Shown in pieces: positions 1 through 10,208 of a stretch of 64,000 nt of DNA. How positions within the stretch are numbered: position 1 is the stretch's first letter; each line of letters starts with the position of its first letter. Made by a program: the position numbers and the translations under genes. The stretch comes from an uncultured virus (IMG/VR IMGVR_UViG_3300031088_000469) (Duplodnaviria > Heunggongvirae > Uroviricota > Caudoviricetes): IMG/VR virus record IMGVR_UViG_3300031088_000469. One strand, given 5' to 3'. The notes below the pieces were generated by a model, which did no database searches, was not told where the DNA came from, and was given only the letters and a program-made list of their open reading frames with translations.

Positions 1-778
1 TTCTGACGATAAACCCAAGCCAGAACAACAAGCTTCTGCCAATAGTCAGGCTGATGAATGAGATGGGAATAGTCACAGCGGCGGACAGACTCAATCCTTC
101 AAGGATGTTGGGCAAGAACTGGAACCCATTGATATGGTCTAGTGGAATGCCCACAAACAGGATCACGCTGATGGCAAAAAGCCAAGGGTGGCGAAGCGGC
201 TTGATGAGGTAGGAAGCAATAGAACCAACCATCATCGCACCTGCTGTGAATGCAAGCCCGTTTGACCATGATTCAATCTCTTGTAGACCAACCACGAACG
301 ATGTGAGCGAGACAATGATGGATAGTGCCGAGACAACACCCACTACCTTACCCAAGGTAGTGGCAAGCACTAAGTCCAGAAAACGAGATCGCTTGTAACC
401 TAACTTGATGAGGGTCGGCTCGAAGTCTATAGGCGGCGCAACCTTGGTGGTCGTGTCGTCTGACTGGCTTCGATTGCTGACGTTGGGTGTGGCAGTGTAC
501 TTAGGAACAAAAGGTGCGGGGTCTTCTTGCTTATGGCGCTGTGAAGAGTAGGCGCTGGTACGTACGTTAGTAGTTTCCTTAGGAGCCAGTGTCTTGTCGT
601 AGTCTAGCTTCGAGGTGTAGTTGGACAGGATCGAATAGGCATAGGTTACTTCGGCTGCCTTTTCCGTACTGCCTCCTGGGATATCAGGGTGACTTTCACG
701 CATCTTGCGGCGATAGGCAACTTTGATATCTTCGTCTGTAGCACCCTGTGATACACCTAGTGTCTTGTAGTGACTCAT
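1..778 (-). CDS. J-domain (DnaJ-like) membrane protein, runs off the window edge
   Basis: Manual translation MSHYKTLGVSQGATDEDIKVAYRRKMRESHPDIPGG... has the HPD motif and J-domain helices, followed by hydrophobic segments; GAAGGGAG RBS. Confidence 0.85.
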   Translation of the reverse strand, partial: MSHYKTLGVSQGATDEDIKVAYRRKMRESHPDIPGGSTEKAAEVTYAYSILSNYTSKLDYDKTLAPKETTNVRTSAYSSQRHKQEDPAPFVPKYTATPNVSNRSQSDDTTTKVAPPIDFEPTLIKLGYKRSRFLDLVLATTLGKVVGVVSALSIIVSLTSFVVGLQEIESWSNGLAFTAGAMMVGSIASYLIKPLRHPWLFAISVILFVGIPLDHINGFQFLPNILEGLSLSAAVTIPISFISLTIGRSLLFWLGFIVR

Positions 779-895
779 ATGGCTGCTCCCTTCACGAATC
801 AACATTACCAACAAAGGACCGATTATGCAATTTCATTGTTCACTAGTGTTATCCTATTGAAGTAGTTGTCCACTATTTCCGGAAGGAACAAGGAA

Positions 896-1315
896 ATGTC
901 CACAGGAATTCTAGAGCACACCGATACATACCTCAGAACAGTATGCCCGTCCAATAGGCGCTCGGCATTGCAAGGGGTAATCTACGAAACTGCTGATGTC
1001 ATCGATGATCAGTTGGTTGAGAGAATGGACGGCAATTTCAATGTTGTCGTCACTCGACACGAAAGCGAATTTGCTGCCAATCACCAGTCCAGCCGCATCA
1101 ACGCTGCTGGTGGATTCACTGCGGAAGTATTCGACACTATGGAAGCAGCTATGGCAATGCCTCCCGTCTTGGAAAAGAACGTAAAGTCTGTTCTCCCTCA
1201 CCTATCCAACCGTTCTGCTGATACACAAAACGGTCTATGTGGATTGATGGTAGAGAGTGCTGGTGCTCCTTGTAAGCTCAAAGCTCTTCACCGGGGTAAC
1301 TGCCGTACAAAGTAG
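896..1315 (+). CDS. hypothetical protein with C-terminal C-x10-C-x5-H-x3-C motif
   Basis: ORF track; ATG 896 after a purine-rich RBS; ends CGLMVESAGAPCKLKALHRGNCRTK. Confidence 0.7.
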   Translation: MSTGILEHTDTYLRTVCPSNRRSALQGVIYETADVIDDQLVERMDGNFNVVVTRHESEFAANHQSSRINAAGGFTAEVFDTMEAAMAMPPVLEKNVKSVLPHLSNRSADTQNGLCGLMVESAGAPCKLKALHRGNCRTK

Positions 1316-1353
1316 CAGTGAATCAACTTTTCCAAAGTTTCTCAAATTAGTAC

Positions 1354-1382
1354 TTGACACAATCTGATTGTTCTTGTACCGT
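1354..1382 (+). promoter_or_regulatory. sigma70/SigA-like promoter
   Basis: TTGACA-17 nt-TACCGT upstream of 1489. Confidence 0.6.
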
Positions 1383-1488
1383 AGCTCCTACATCAGAACT
1401 TGTCATCTAACGCATGTTCTGATAACTTGCGCATCTCACACTTTTAGTGTAAGCTCAATCGCAAGCAACACAAACGAGGAGAAACTAC

Positions 1489-2610
1489 ATGAATAACGAA
1501 GAGCGCGAAAGCCTATGGCAGGATCGACTTGCCGAGGTCAGCGATTTCTATAACAAGCACGGACGTAACCCGTCTTCGACCGTTACCGAAGAGGCAACAC
1601 TAGCTTCTTGGTTTACGATGCAGCGTGTCCGACTTCGCTCGGGCAACATGCGTGCAGACCGAGCCGACCTGCTTGATCAGAAGCTCCCTCACTGGCGTGA
1701 GACGAGTAGCCGAACCGATAGGTTTAGCACCAACCTCGACGCTTATCTGAAGTTCACCTCCGACAACGACCGTACTCCCGTTTCATCTGCTGATGACGAG
1801 GAAGAGCGCAAGCTCGCCATCTGGATGTCCAACCAGAAGGCTCAGGCACGACGCGGTGAGGCATCTCCCGATTCGATTGCCACCCTCGACGAGAAGATTC
1901 CGGGATGGAATGACTGGCAGCGACAGAAACAGACTCGTGCCGATAACTACCCCGACTGGGACCAGAACCTCGACCTTTTGGTCAAGTTCCTCGATGACAA
2001 TGGTGTCAAGCCCGTTTTCGAGTGTGAGAACGGTGAAGAGCGTCGGCTTGCCGCCTGGCTCAACAACCAGCGGCGTATGTTCCGTAAGGGGCAGATGGCT
2101 GATGACCGCGTAGCCAAGCTCGAAGAGGCTGTGCCCTCCTGGAACGACCTGTCACGTAATGATGGCAAGTGGAGCAAGAACCTTGCCCAGGTCAAGTCCT
2201 TCTTCGAGTCGAAGGGTTATGCTCCTGCCGCGAACGCTGAAGATGCAGAAGAGCGTCGTCTAGCTCGTTGGTTCTTCGAGCAGAAGCGCAAGGTCAACTC
2301 TGGTAGTGCTGATGCACGAACTGATGAGTTCGTTGCTGCCCTACCCAACTGGGAAAACATCAAGGCTCCTACCAACGTTTCTAGCTGGGATGAGACCCTT
2401 GAGTCGTCTGCTGAGTACGTCAAGAACAACGGTTCGTTCCCTGCCACCACTTCAGAAGATCCCGAAGTGCGCCGTATGGGGTTCTGGGTCACTCGTAACC
2501 GCAAGTACCTCAAGGACGGCAAGCTCTCGAACGACAAGCTCGCCAAGCTTGACGAGAAGCTGCCCAACTGGCGACGTGGAAGTCTTGGTCGTCCTTCACG
2601 AGCCGCATAA
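1489..2610 (+). CDS. helicase-associated (HA) domain repeat protein, about 5 repeats
   Basis: Five ~70-aa repeats W..l..F...G..P...E.rLA.W...Q(R/K).....dR...LD...P.W; GAGGAG RBS. Confidence 0.8.
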   Translation: MNNEERESLWQDRLAEVSDFYNKHGRNPSSTVTEEATLASWFTMQRVRLRSGNMRADRADLLDQKLPHWRETSSRTDRFSTNLDAYLKFTSDNDRTPVSSADDEEERKLAIWMSNQKAQARRGEASPDSIATLDEKIPGWNDWQRQKQTRADNYPDWDQNLDLLVKFLDDNGVKPVFECENGEERRLAAWLNNQRRMFRKGQMADDRVAKLEEAVPSWNDLSRNDGKWSKNLAQVKSFFESKGYAPAANAEDAEERRLARWFFEQKRKVNSGSADARTDEFVAALPNWENIKAPTNVSSWDETLESSAEYVKNNGSFPATTSEDPEVRRMGFWVTRNRKYLKDGKLSNDKLAKLDEKLPNWRRGSLGRPSRAA

Positions 2611-2618
2611 GTAACAAC

Positions 2619-2658
2619 AAAAACACCCGATGTGCCTCTCCTAGCATCGGGTGTTTTT
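2619..2658 (+). terminator. intrinsic terminator, bidirectional-looking
   Basis: AAAAACACCCGATG...CATCGGGTGTTTTT. Confidence 0.8.
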
Positions 2659-2701
2659 GCGTTTCTAGAACATATCGAATGCTCTCGTGTAGCCTTCTTT
2701 T

Positions 2702-3304
2702 ATGCAGCAGGTCACCGGAGCAGGAGTTCCGTCCGCAAAACCCGATGGGATACCCGTACGCGAACTAACGTACGGCACCGTTGTCAGTATGACTGAGTAT
2801 CTCTTGCCGTTTGTGGATGATACCGGAGAGATCGCTATTGGTTCTTTTGGACCTTCTGACAAACTCCAGTCGCATTTTGAATTGATGTCGCAGGTGATGC
2901 CTTGGGGAGTTTTCGCGGCATCATGCATCAAGCTTTGCAATCAAATGGTCGGCTTCATTGAGAACACTGATCGCCTAAGACTAGATGTGTGGAACGAAGC
3001 AAAGAGGCTCATCATCCACAATGCTGTACCCATAGCCGGTTTGTCGGGCATGTCGGAAGAACTACTTGCCGAGTCATTACAGTCATTCATCAACGATAGC
3101 GTGCTTGTCTTCTTGCTAGGAATCGATATCAAAGAGGTATCAAGTCCCACAAGCTTGGGATGTAGCGAGTACGAATACGCTGTATTGGTCACTGTAATTT
3201 CGTCGGCACTCATCTTTGCATCAGCGAACTGCAAGGGTACTCTCCACATCTCAGTTATCGAAGAGCTAAAGTCAAATCTGAACGGCATTGCACTCTCCAT
3301 ATAG
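2702..3304 (+). CDS. hypothetical protein
   Basis: 200-aa ORF filling the gap between genes. Confidence 0.55.
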   Translation: MQQVTGAGVPSAKPDGIPVRELTYGTVVSMTEYLLPFVDDTGEIAIGSFGPSDKLQSHFELMSQVMPWGVFAASCIKLCNQMVGFIENTDRLRLDVWNEAKRLIIHNAVPIAGLSGMSEELLAESLQSFINDSVLVFLLGIDIKEVSSPTSLGCSEYEYAVLVTVISSALIFASANCKGTLHISVIEELKSNLNGIALSI

Positions 3305-3349
3305 ATGTCGTCGCCACAGTGTAATCTAGTGGTATCAAGGAGGACAATC

Positions 3350-4843
3350 TTGTCTATTGCTAACCGCGTACCCACAGCCATTGTCGATAAGAATGGCAAG
3401 CACACAACCGTGCATCGCTCGCCCGAGGGCATGAACGACATCAAGAGTAGGATCGCAAAGATCGCCGCGCCCCAGGCTGTCGAAGTCTCTTCCATTGATG
3501 ATGAGCCAGATTGGGACAGAGCAAGTCTTCCTACTCAGGAGTACACAATCAATTCAGCCACGGTGGGTAAGTTCGAGCACATCATCGAAAAGGCTAACAA
3601 CCGATTGACACGAAGCGGTGTCGAAGAGCAGTTCGAATACTCTTACCGAAACGATGTCATTGAGAACCCAGACGGGTCGCACAAAGAAGTCATCATCGCA
3701 ACGCTCAACAAGCCTGTTATCTCCAATGGTAATTGGACCTTTGCAGCAACACATGAGTTCACCCCAGCGGGCGAGGTAGTAAGCTACTTCTCATCTGAGG
3801 ATGCTTCTTTCAAGCAGCCTGAGGATGCACACTGTGACCAGTGCAACACTAACCGCCGTCGAGAGCGCGTATACACCGTAACCAACTCTGACGACGAGTC
3901 GAAGCAGATTGGTTCTAGCTGCCTTGAACTCTTCATGGGTGTCAAGCCAGAAGGTCTATGGTCTCTAAGTGACACCAAGATTGAAGAGTCGCTTTCTGAG
4001 CTTGAATCCCTATCCTTGGGCAGCAGAGATGGTGTTACCTATCCTCTTGAAGACATCATCGGAGTCGCTCTACAAGCAAGCAATAACGGTAAGGATTACG
4101 TCGCAAAGAGCAGAGGCACAAAGGACAACCCTCCCACTGCATACGCTGTTGAAATGAAGATGCAGGAAAAGCGCAATCCAGACACCTTTGACAAGAAGGC
4201 AATCCAGTCTGTCATCGACTACATCGGCAATGTTGATTCCAACAACAGCGACTACCTTGACAACCTCAAAGCGATCTTCAAGCCAGGTGAGAATGGAGCT
4301 TTCGTCAAGAGCCGTCACATGGGTCTTGCTACATCCGCTGTTGCTGCTTGGTACAGAGAGAACAACCAGCGAGAAGAGAGGGAAGCCAAGCCTCCTGTCA
4401 AGCAAGAATGGCTGGGTGCGAAGGGTGACAAGATTGAAAAGCCCATGACACTCACCCTAGAATTCCGTAAAACCTTCTCAGGCGAGTATGGAGAATCAAC
4501 ACTCATGGTGTTCCGAGATCAAGACAATAGGCTTATCAAGTGGGGCGCAAGCAACCCTCCCGATGTCTGGGAAGGCGGCAGTATCGATGTCGGTCGCGTT
4601 ACGGTCAAAGAGCAAGCAATCTACAAGGATGACAAGCAGACTGCCATCATCAGACCGAAGGTGAACGGCGTTATCGATTCGGGTAATTACCCCGAATGGG
4701 TAGCTTACGACAAGGTAAGAGCACACGTTCAAGGTCTTCCCTCCGCTGAGGTTCAGTCTGTACTTGAGAAGTTCGAAGCGACCGGAAGTGTCGAGGGCAA
4801 AAGAGCCTTCCTTGCTAGTCTCCAAAGCACTCCATCTTCGTAG
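3350..4843 (+). CDS. DKNG-leader protein with Zn-binding motif and C-terminal OB-fold-like region
   Basis: TTG 3350 after AGGAGG; AIVDKNGKHTTVHR; CDQC...GSSC; C-terminal G.KG......YG....F.D....W pattern. Confidence 0.75.
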   Translation: MSIANRVPTAIVDKNGKHTTVHRSPEGMNDIKSRIAKIAAPQAVEVSSIDDEPDWDRASLPTQEYTINSATVGKFEHIIEKANNRLTRSGVEEQFEYSYRNDVIENPDGSHKEVIIATLNKPVISNGNWTFAATHEFTPAGEVVSYFSSEDASFKQPEDAHCDQCNTNRRRERVYTVTNSDDESKQIGSSCLELFMGVKPEGLWSLSDTKIEESLSELESLSLGSRDGVTYPLEDIIGVALQASNNGKDYVAKSRGTKDNPPTAYAVEMKMQEKRNPDTFDKKAIQSVIDYIGNVDSNNSDYLDNLKAIFKPGENGAFVKSRHMGLATSAVAAWYRENNQREEREAKPPVKQEWLGAKGDKIEKPMTLTLEFRKTFSGEYGESTLMVFRDQDNRLIKWGASNPPDVWEGGSIDVGRVTVKEQAIYKDDKQTAIIRPKVNGVIDSGNYPEWVAYDKVRAHVQGLPSAEVQSVLEKFEATGSVEGKRAFLASLQSTPSS

Positions 4844-4925
4844 CAGAGGTTGACTCTAAAATCGCAAAACTCAACTGAAGTTTACCTAGCGAATTGCGAG
4901 CAGTAGTGCTAACTTATACCCGCAC

Positions 4926-4969
4926 GTCAGGACAGCTAAACCGGCAGCACTTGGTCTAGCTGTCCTGAC
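4926..4969. repeat. 13-bp perfect inverted repeat upstream of the Rep-like gene
   Basis: GTCAGGACAGCTA-18 nt-TAGCTGTCCTGAC. Confidence 0.8.
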
Positions 4970-4992
4970 CATTTACCAAGGCTATAAAGGAG

Positions 4993-6360
4993 GTGCTCGG
5001 TACATACATGCAAGAGAACAATGTTGTAGCTCCCGAGCTAGCCCAGGAGGAAAGCATCAAGCTCTCCATTCCTAAGGTATCCTTTACCGAGTACCGAAAA
5101 GAGATTAGTTCATCTCGCAAGATACTTCGAAGCATTAGCAGTTCGTATCGAATCAGGAACTGCCAGCGATACTCCAACGGCAACACATCAGACCAGACAA
5201 TCATCGTTGATGGCTCAGGTCAGGTTGTTGAGGCTAGATTCTCCAAGTTGGCTATTTGCGGTCGTGCGTCTTGTCCTAACTGCGGTCAGATGCGAGGTAT
5301 GAAGGCTGAGCGGCAGATAGAGGCGCTTATCAAGGCAGCGCAGCACAAGGGTGGCAGAGCGCAACTTATCGTCTCTACGAGTCGCTCAGCAGCGCGGCTT
5401 GATCACGACGAGTTGATGCAGGTGCAGGCTAAGGCGTATGCGAAGTTCTTGGCTAAGATGAACGGTCGCGAGAAGTCAAAATTCAACGTCGCGGGTATCG
5501 TGCATATGCCTGAGATTAGCTACACCGAAGCAGGTATCAACCCCCATAGCAACGTAGTGATTATCTACAGTGCTCATGTTCCTGACATCACCATGAAGCA
5601 GGTTGAAGACATTTACGCCCGCATCTGGATCGACACTCACATTGCAGAGGGTCTGCCTCGACCCACTCGCAAGAATGGCGTGGTAGCTCAAGAGATATTC
5701 GACCCCACAATTGTCAGTGGATACCTTACAAAATCGTACAAGCACGGCTTTCCCCGTTCGCTGTTCAATAACGGCTGGTTCAAGGAGAACGGTGACCTAG
5801 ACGACTCTGGTAATGGGAATGTACGAAACCCCCATGACATCTTGCGTCTCATCAATGGCAACCAAAAGCTCCGCAAGTTCTTTATCAACATGGACAAGCA
5901 GCAAGAGATTGTGCGGCTGGGAGGTCTGGAATTTGGGCTACTCAATAAGCAGGACGGCAGTATCACCGAACTAGACAAGCTGCCCAAGATCATTCGTCAC
6001 TGGTACGACTACGAGACAGCCACCAAGGGCAAGAACATCATCTCCGTGACCAAAGCAGTTCCTGATTCAGAACGTAGCAACGAGCAGTTCTGGGCAGAGG
6101 TTCATGAGATGGCTGAGGAATCCATGCGCGCGCCAAGCGATGACAGTCGAGTAACTATCACAGTTTCGTATGACCTACAGAAGTGGGTTGAATCCAGAAG
6201 TAGCGTGGATGATCTAATCATTGCTCTCAACTCTGCTGCGCTCTCAATAGAGCCTTCTGAGAACACCGAGGAATCCATCAGGACCGCTTTGAGCGCGGCG
6301 ATGGATAGCTGGGAAGAACGCAAAGGAAAGCCCCTCAGAGAGGCTCCTATCGCCGCCTAG
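4993..6360 (+). CDS. rolling-circle Rep_1/HUH-like protein with a degenerate HUH motif
   Basis: CG...CPNC Zn motif; E.SY...GINPHSNVVI at the motif 2 position; GYLTK motif 3 (YxxK). Confidence 0.6.
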   Translation: MLGTYMQENNVVAPELAQEESIKLSIPKVSFTEYRKEISSSRKILRSISSSYRIRNCQRYSNGNTSDQTIIVDGSGQVVEARFSKLAICGRASCPNCGQMRGMKAERQIEALIKAAQHKGGRAQLIVSTSRSAARLDHDELMQVQAKAYAKFLAKMNGREKSKFNVAGIVHMPEISYTEAGINPHSNVVIIYSAHVPDITMKQVEDIYARIWIDTHIAEGLPRPTRKNGVVAQEIFDPTIVSGYLTKSYKHGFPRSLFNNGWFKENGDLDDSGNGNVRNPHDILRLINGNQKLRKFFINMDKQQEIVRLGGLEFGLLNKQDGSITELDKLPKIIRHWYDYETATKGKNIISVTKAVPDSERSNEQFWAEVHEMAEESMRAPSDDSRVTITVSYDLQKWVESRSSVDDLIIALNSAALSIEPSENTEESIRTALSAAMDSWEERKGKPLREAPIAA

Positions 6361-7130
6361 AGGCGCGAGCGACATCTTCCTCTATGATTAGCGCGGAGAA
6401 GGCAAGCTTTACCGCTTGACTTCACGATTAGTCCGCACGTTCTTTCGTCTGCATCCTTACGATTGCGCTCAAATGCAAGTAGCGAATGGCGCTTCTTGCT
6501 CTTCTTGCTGCTTTTGATTGATTCATCATTGATGCTGTCCTGCATGACAACCGACTTGTAGTGGTTGGACAGGAACTCAGCCTTGGAGGGCAGAGAATCC
6601 CAATCGTAGCGGGCGTACAATCTCGGCGCATAGACGGCAACTTCTTGCATGTGGTGATGTTGAGCAATCGTACCTGAGTCTTTAATCGGATCAACCATGA
6701 AGAACAGACCTTCCTCATGTGGTGCCAACTGGTTGCCTATGTAGCAATCAAGCGTTCCGTGGTCGAGGTTGAGGACGTACCCATACTCAGCAGACTGGAA
6801 ATCAGATGGTTTGGTGGTACCGTATACGACTCCGTTATAGAGCATGTCTCTGGGGCTACCAAGAGCTTCTTCCAGAACGCCTTCGGGAAATGCGCCCACC
6901 TTTTCGGAGAAGTCCTCAGCGCCTTCATACCCAAATGCCTTAGCAATTACATCATCATCCGAATTGGATGGGATCGTCTGCAATGTTGTGACCATGCGGA
7001 GCAAGTCTTCACGATTTGCCTCACGAACCCAGTCGAGGTAATGCGGTGCAAATGCCTCATAAGACGAGTCAACATTAGCGAGCTTCACGTCACCGTCGAT
7101 TTCAAAGCCGAAAAAGCCGATGGCATCCAT
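6357..7130 (-). CDS. hypothetical protein with C-terminal C-x10-C-x5-H-x3-C motif
   Basis: Ends CGLIVKSSGKACLLRANHRGRCRSRL. Confidence 0.7.
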   Translation of the reverse strand: MDAIGFFGFEIDGDVKLANVDSSYEAFAPHYLDWVREANREDLLRMVTTLQTIPSNSDDDVIAKAFGYEGAEDFSEKVGAFPEGVLEEALGSPRDMLYNGVVYGTTKPSDFQSAEYGYVLNLDHGTLDCYIGNQLAPHEEGLFFMVDPIKDSGTIAQHHHMQEVAVYAPRLYARYDWDSLPSKAEFLSNHYKSVVMQDSINDESIKSSKKSKKRHSLLAFERNRKDADERTCGLIVKSSGKACLLRANHRGRCRSRL

Positions 7131-7184
7131 TTACTGTTCTCTCAATCTAGTCTCTCGACTCATTCCGTTATTGTAGCTGGGGTA

Positions 7185-8276
7185 TTACTTGAAGATTGAG
7201 CTATCGAATTTCTTCTCGAACAGAGGAATGCTGTCTTTGTCCTCACGCTTTAGCTTAGCTACTACCTTGTCGTGCATTGTGCTTAGCGCCTCATCCTCAG
7301 ATTGACCTCTCTTTGCCGCCAGAGCGGTAAGTAGAGTTCTCATGTCGGAGATCTTCTTGGATGCCCATTCATCTCTTGCCGCGTCCGCACCAAGGTCTCT
7401 TTCGGTGACATCAAGGTAGGTAAAGTTGTGCATGATGTTGTCAACTAGTTCCATCTCGGCAGCACGCTCGGTCTTGATAACCGTGTACTTGTCAAGACGC
7501 AATGGCGTTCCATCAGGATTGGTAATGGACTTAGCGAGCTTAGCCGCATCAGCAGCAGCCTTCTTCTCAAAGCGCGCTTGACGATCAGCTTTCTGCTGTG
7601 CTCTTGCTGGCGTGTCCATCTTGCTAGGTCGATTGGTGGTGTCTACGGGCGCATTAGGGAAACAGAATGTGCAGGCTTCCTCGCCAGCATCAGCAACAAT
7701 TTCATCATCGGTGGAACCCGAACGATCTGCATGCCAGTGGAACTCAGTGGAGCTATTGCATGAACTGCAATGCATGCTGGTGTGTACGTGACCATTGCTG
7801 TTGGTCACCTGATAGAAACGACTCCACCCGCCACGAGCGGTAAACTCAGCCTCATAGGGTTCTGCCTCCATTTTGACATCATCGAGCAAAGCCCTCTCTT
7901 GCTCAATCTGGTTTTCAAGATCAGCAATCGTCTTCTGGTACCTATTTGCGTAGTACCCATCTTTGTCCTCTACGCCTCTTGCCTGGAGGTTCTGTAACTC
8001 TCGTGCGGTATGTGCGCGATATGACTCAATGCTTCCCTGAGCGCTCGAAATCTTGTTCATGTGCGTAAACATGCGCTGATAGATCTCCGCGAGCGGTACG
8101 TCGATATCAGCGGGAGCATCATGCTCAAAGGGGCGAGCCTGCTGAGAAGACAACTTGGGGGCGGGAGCGTTACCTAGGCGCTTACCTGTAGTGCCGTTGT
8201 CAATCTTCTTGTGACGAGTTGTCGCTACGCCATTCTTATCAACGATAGCTTCTGGTCTGGTGCTGTTGGATACCAT
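7185..8276 (-). CDS. DKNG-leader protein, coiled coil plus H/C Zn-binding motif
   Basis: AIVDKNGVATTRHKK; HVHTSMHCSSC...ACTFCFP. Confidence 0.8.
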   Translation of the reverse strand: MVSNSTRPEAIVDKNGVATTRHKKIDNGTTGKRLGNAPAPKLSSQQARPFEHDAPADIDVPLAEIYQRMFTHMNKISSAQGSIESYRAHTARELQNLQARGVEDKDGYYANRYQKTIADLENQIEQERALLDDVKMEAEPYEAEFTARGGWSRFYQVTNSNGHVHTSMHCSSCNSSTEFHWHADRSGSTDDEIVADAGEEACTFCFPNAPVDTTNRPSKMDTPARAQQKADRQARFEKKAAADAAKLAKSITNPDGTPLRLDKYTVIKTERAAEMELVDNIMHNFTYLDVTERDLGADAARDEWASKKISDMRTLLTALAAKRGQSEDEALSTMHDKVVAKLKREDKDSIPLFEKKFDSSIFK

Positions 8277-8345
8277 GTCTTCTCCCCTTGTGCTCTATAC
8301 ATCATAGTCGATGGCACCGACTCTCTAGATGGTAGGATTCGTTTC

Positions 8346-8879
8346 ATGGCAGAACGACTTTACCCCGACCGACAAAGATGCAAGAAGTGCAAGAAGGGTT
8401 TACAAGATACACCGGTAGTAGACGGTCTGTTTTGTTCATACTCGTGTGCAAAGATACCCCGCCCCTCCGATGATGTCGAAAAGGCACCGAGGAATTGTAA
8501 GCGTCAGGTCAATGGTTCCTGGGGATTCAAGACACGATTCAAGTACGAAGGTGAAGTGCCCGCCAAATGGCGAAATGACCCTGCGACCAACATTTACCTA
8601 TGTGATTACTGCCACAACCTACACATCGGACACAATGCGCCAGTAGCAAAAGAAGAGGCGACCCTACACCGCGCTGTTACTAGCTTGGAGCAACTAGGTT
8701 CAGTAATCCAAAGACACCGTGAGTCCAAAAACATCACGAGGAAGCAAGTAGCGACCAAAATCAAGGTTCCCATTATCCGAGTCACCGAGATCGAAGAGGG
8801 CAGAAAAGAAGCGAAAGCCGAAGTCCTGTTCGCTGTTGTGCGTGAACTTCGGCTTTCGCTGGAAATCAAATCTCGTTAG
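8346..8879 (+). CDS. Zn-finger plus XRE-type HTH protein
   Basis: CKKC, CSYSC and CDYC..LH motifs; C-terminal LG..I...R....TRKQVA.......VTEIEEG HTH. Confidence 0.7.
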   Translation: MAERLYPDRQRCKKCKKGLQDTPVVDGLFCSYSCAKIPRPSDDVEKAPRNCKRQVNGSWGFKTRFKYEGEVPAKWRNDPATNIYLCDYCHNLHIGHNAPVAKEEATLHRAVTSLEQLGSVIQRHRESKNITRKQVATKIKVPIIRVTEIEEGRKEAKAEVLFAVVRELRLSLEIKSR

Positions 8880-9346
8880 AGGTACGGAAGGGCAATCTTT
8901 GCTGCATCCATCTTGGTCTCGACTGCTGCATCAGAAGAACGCATAGCGTATCCTCTCGAATCGCTCTGGTTGCTCGTACCATTACCAAGGTAGAGGCTGC
9001 CTCCAACTCGACCATCTACGTTTGAAACGAGACCAGAAACGACTTCAGCCGAAACCTGAACCTCATCAAAGGCGACGAACTTGGTGCCGTTCTTCTCAAC
9101 GGCGTAGATGTTCTTACTTACCTCTGTGACGGTCGCATCGGAGAAGTCGTTACTGTTGATCGACAAGCGAGCAAGCAGGTCGCGTACAGCTTCCTTTGCC
9201 CTCTGCTCAGGTGCCGTCTGCTGAGGGCGAGAAGTAGGGAATGGAATTGGTCGAGCGAAGGGCTTTGGTGCCTCGCCAACCTTCTTGTTGACCGTGGTGT
9301 GCTTGCCGTTCTTATCGACAATGGGGGTAGAAACAACTGTTGACAT
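8876..9346 (-). CDS. DKNG-leader hypothetical protein
   Basis: PIVDKNGKHTTVNKK; AAAGG RBS. Confidence 0.75.
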   Translation of the reverse strand: MSTVVSTPIVDKNGKHTTVNKKVGEAPKPFARPIPFPTSRPQQTAPEQRAKEAVRDLLARLSINSNDFSDATVTEVSKNIYAVEKNGTKFVAFDEVQVSAEVVSGLVSNVDGRVGGSLYLGNGTSNQSDSRGYAMRSSDAAVETKMDAAKIALPYL

Positions 9347-9447
9347 GAGGTGCCTTTCGTTCTGTCAAACCATTAGATGAACAGTATAGACACACAAGAC
9401 GCAAAAGAGAAAGGGGCTGGATTTCTCCAACCCCTTTCCCAGGTGAT

Positions 9448-9984
9448 TCATGCCTCTACGAGACGAGGTGCCGGTGCGACGTAACCCAAGCTCTCGATGT
9501 TGGCTCCCGTAGCAGCCATAGCGAGAAGAAGGGTGTCAGTGCGGTAGACCGGCTTAGGCTCGAAGAGCAAGGTCATTCCAGCCTCCTCAGGGGTGCGGTC
9601 TGCCTTGAAGTTGTTGCACTTGAAGCACGCCGTGATGGTGTTCATCCACGTGTACTTTCCTCCACGAGACTGAGGGACGATGTGGTCAACCGTGTTACCC
9701 CACTTGCCGCAGTAGCCGCAGGTGTAGAGGTCACGGTCAAGCATCTTGGTACGAGACCAGTTCATCTCGTTGCTGTGTGCAGGGACAGGAACGATATCCT
9801 TGAACCGAACCACACGAGGAACACTAACCTTCTGGTCTCCACCAGCCGAACGGAAGAGGTCGCCATCTGCTTCTTCGATGATGTCTACACGGTTAGAAAC
9901 GACGTATCCGACTGCACGACGGATGGACACGACACCGAGCGGCTCGTTGTCCTTGTTCAAAACGATTACTCCACGCATGACCAT
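9448..9984 (-). CDS. HNH endonuclease (McrA/HNH_5-like)
   Basis: RD..TCGYCG...TVDHIVPQSRGG..TWMN.ITAC..CN..K; GGAGG RBS. Confidence 0.9.
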   Translation of the reverse strand: MVMRGVIVLNKDNEPLGVVSIRRAVGYVVSNRVDIIEEADGDLFRSAGGDQKVSVPRVVRFKDIVPVPAHSNEMNWSRTKMLDRDLYTCGYCGKWGNTVDHIVPQSRGGKYTWMNTITACFKCNNFKADRTPEEAGMTLLFEPKPVYRTDTLLLAMAATGANIESLGYVAPAPRLVEA

Positions 9985-10208
9985 CCCTCCTTTCGTTTTA
10001 TGGCTGGCAATTAGTGACTCAACTGCAATACTATTGCACGATTATCTGCTTGTCAAGTTGTTAAATGAAAATGGCTACGCTCATCACGCAGCCGAATGAG
10101 CACATGTGGTTCGTCGCTCTCTCATGTCTCAATTATAGGGCGAGGTGGAGACATTGACACTGGCAATCTGATAGTCACCATGCTACTATCTGCGCCTAAG
10201 GAGCACGA

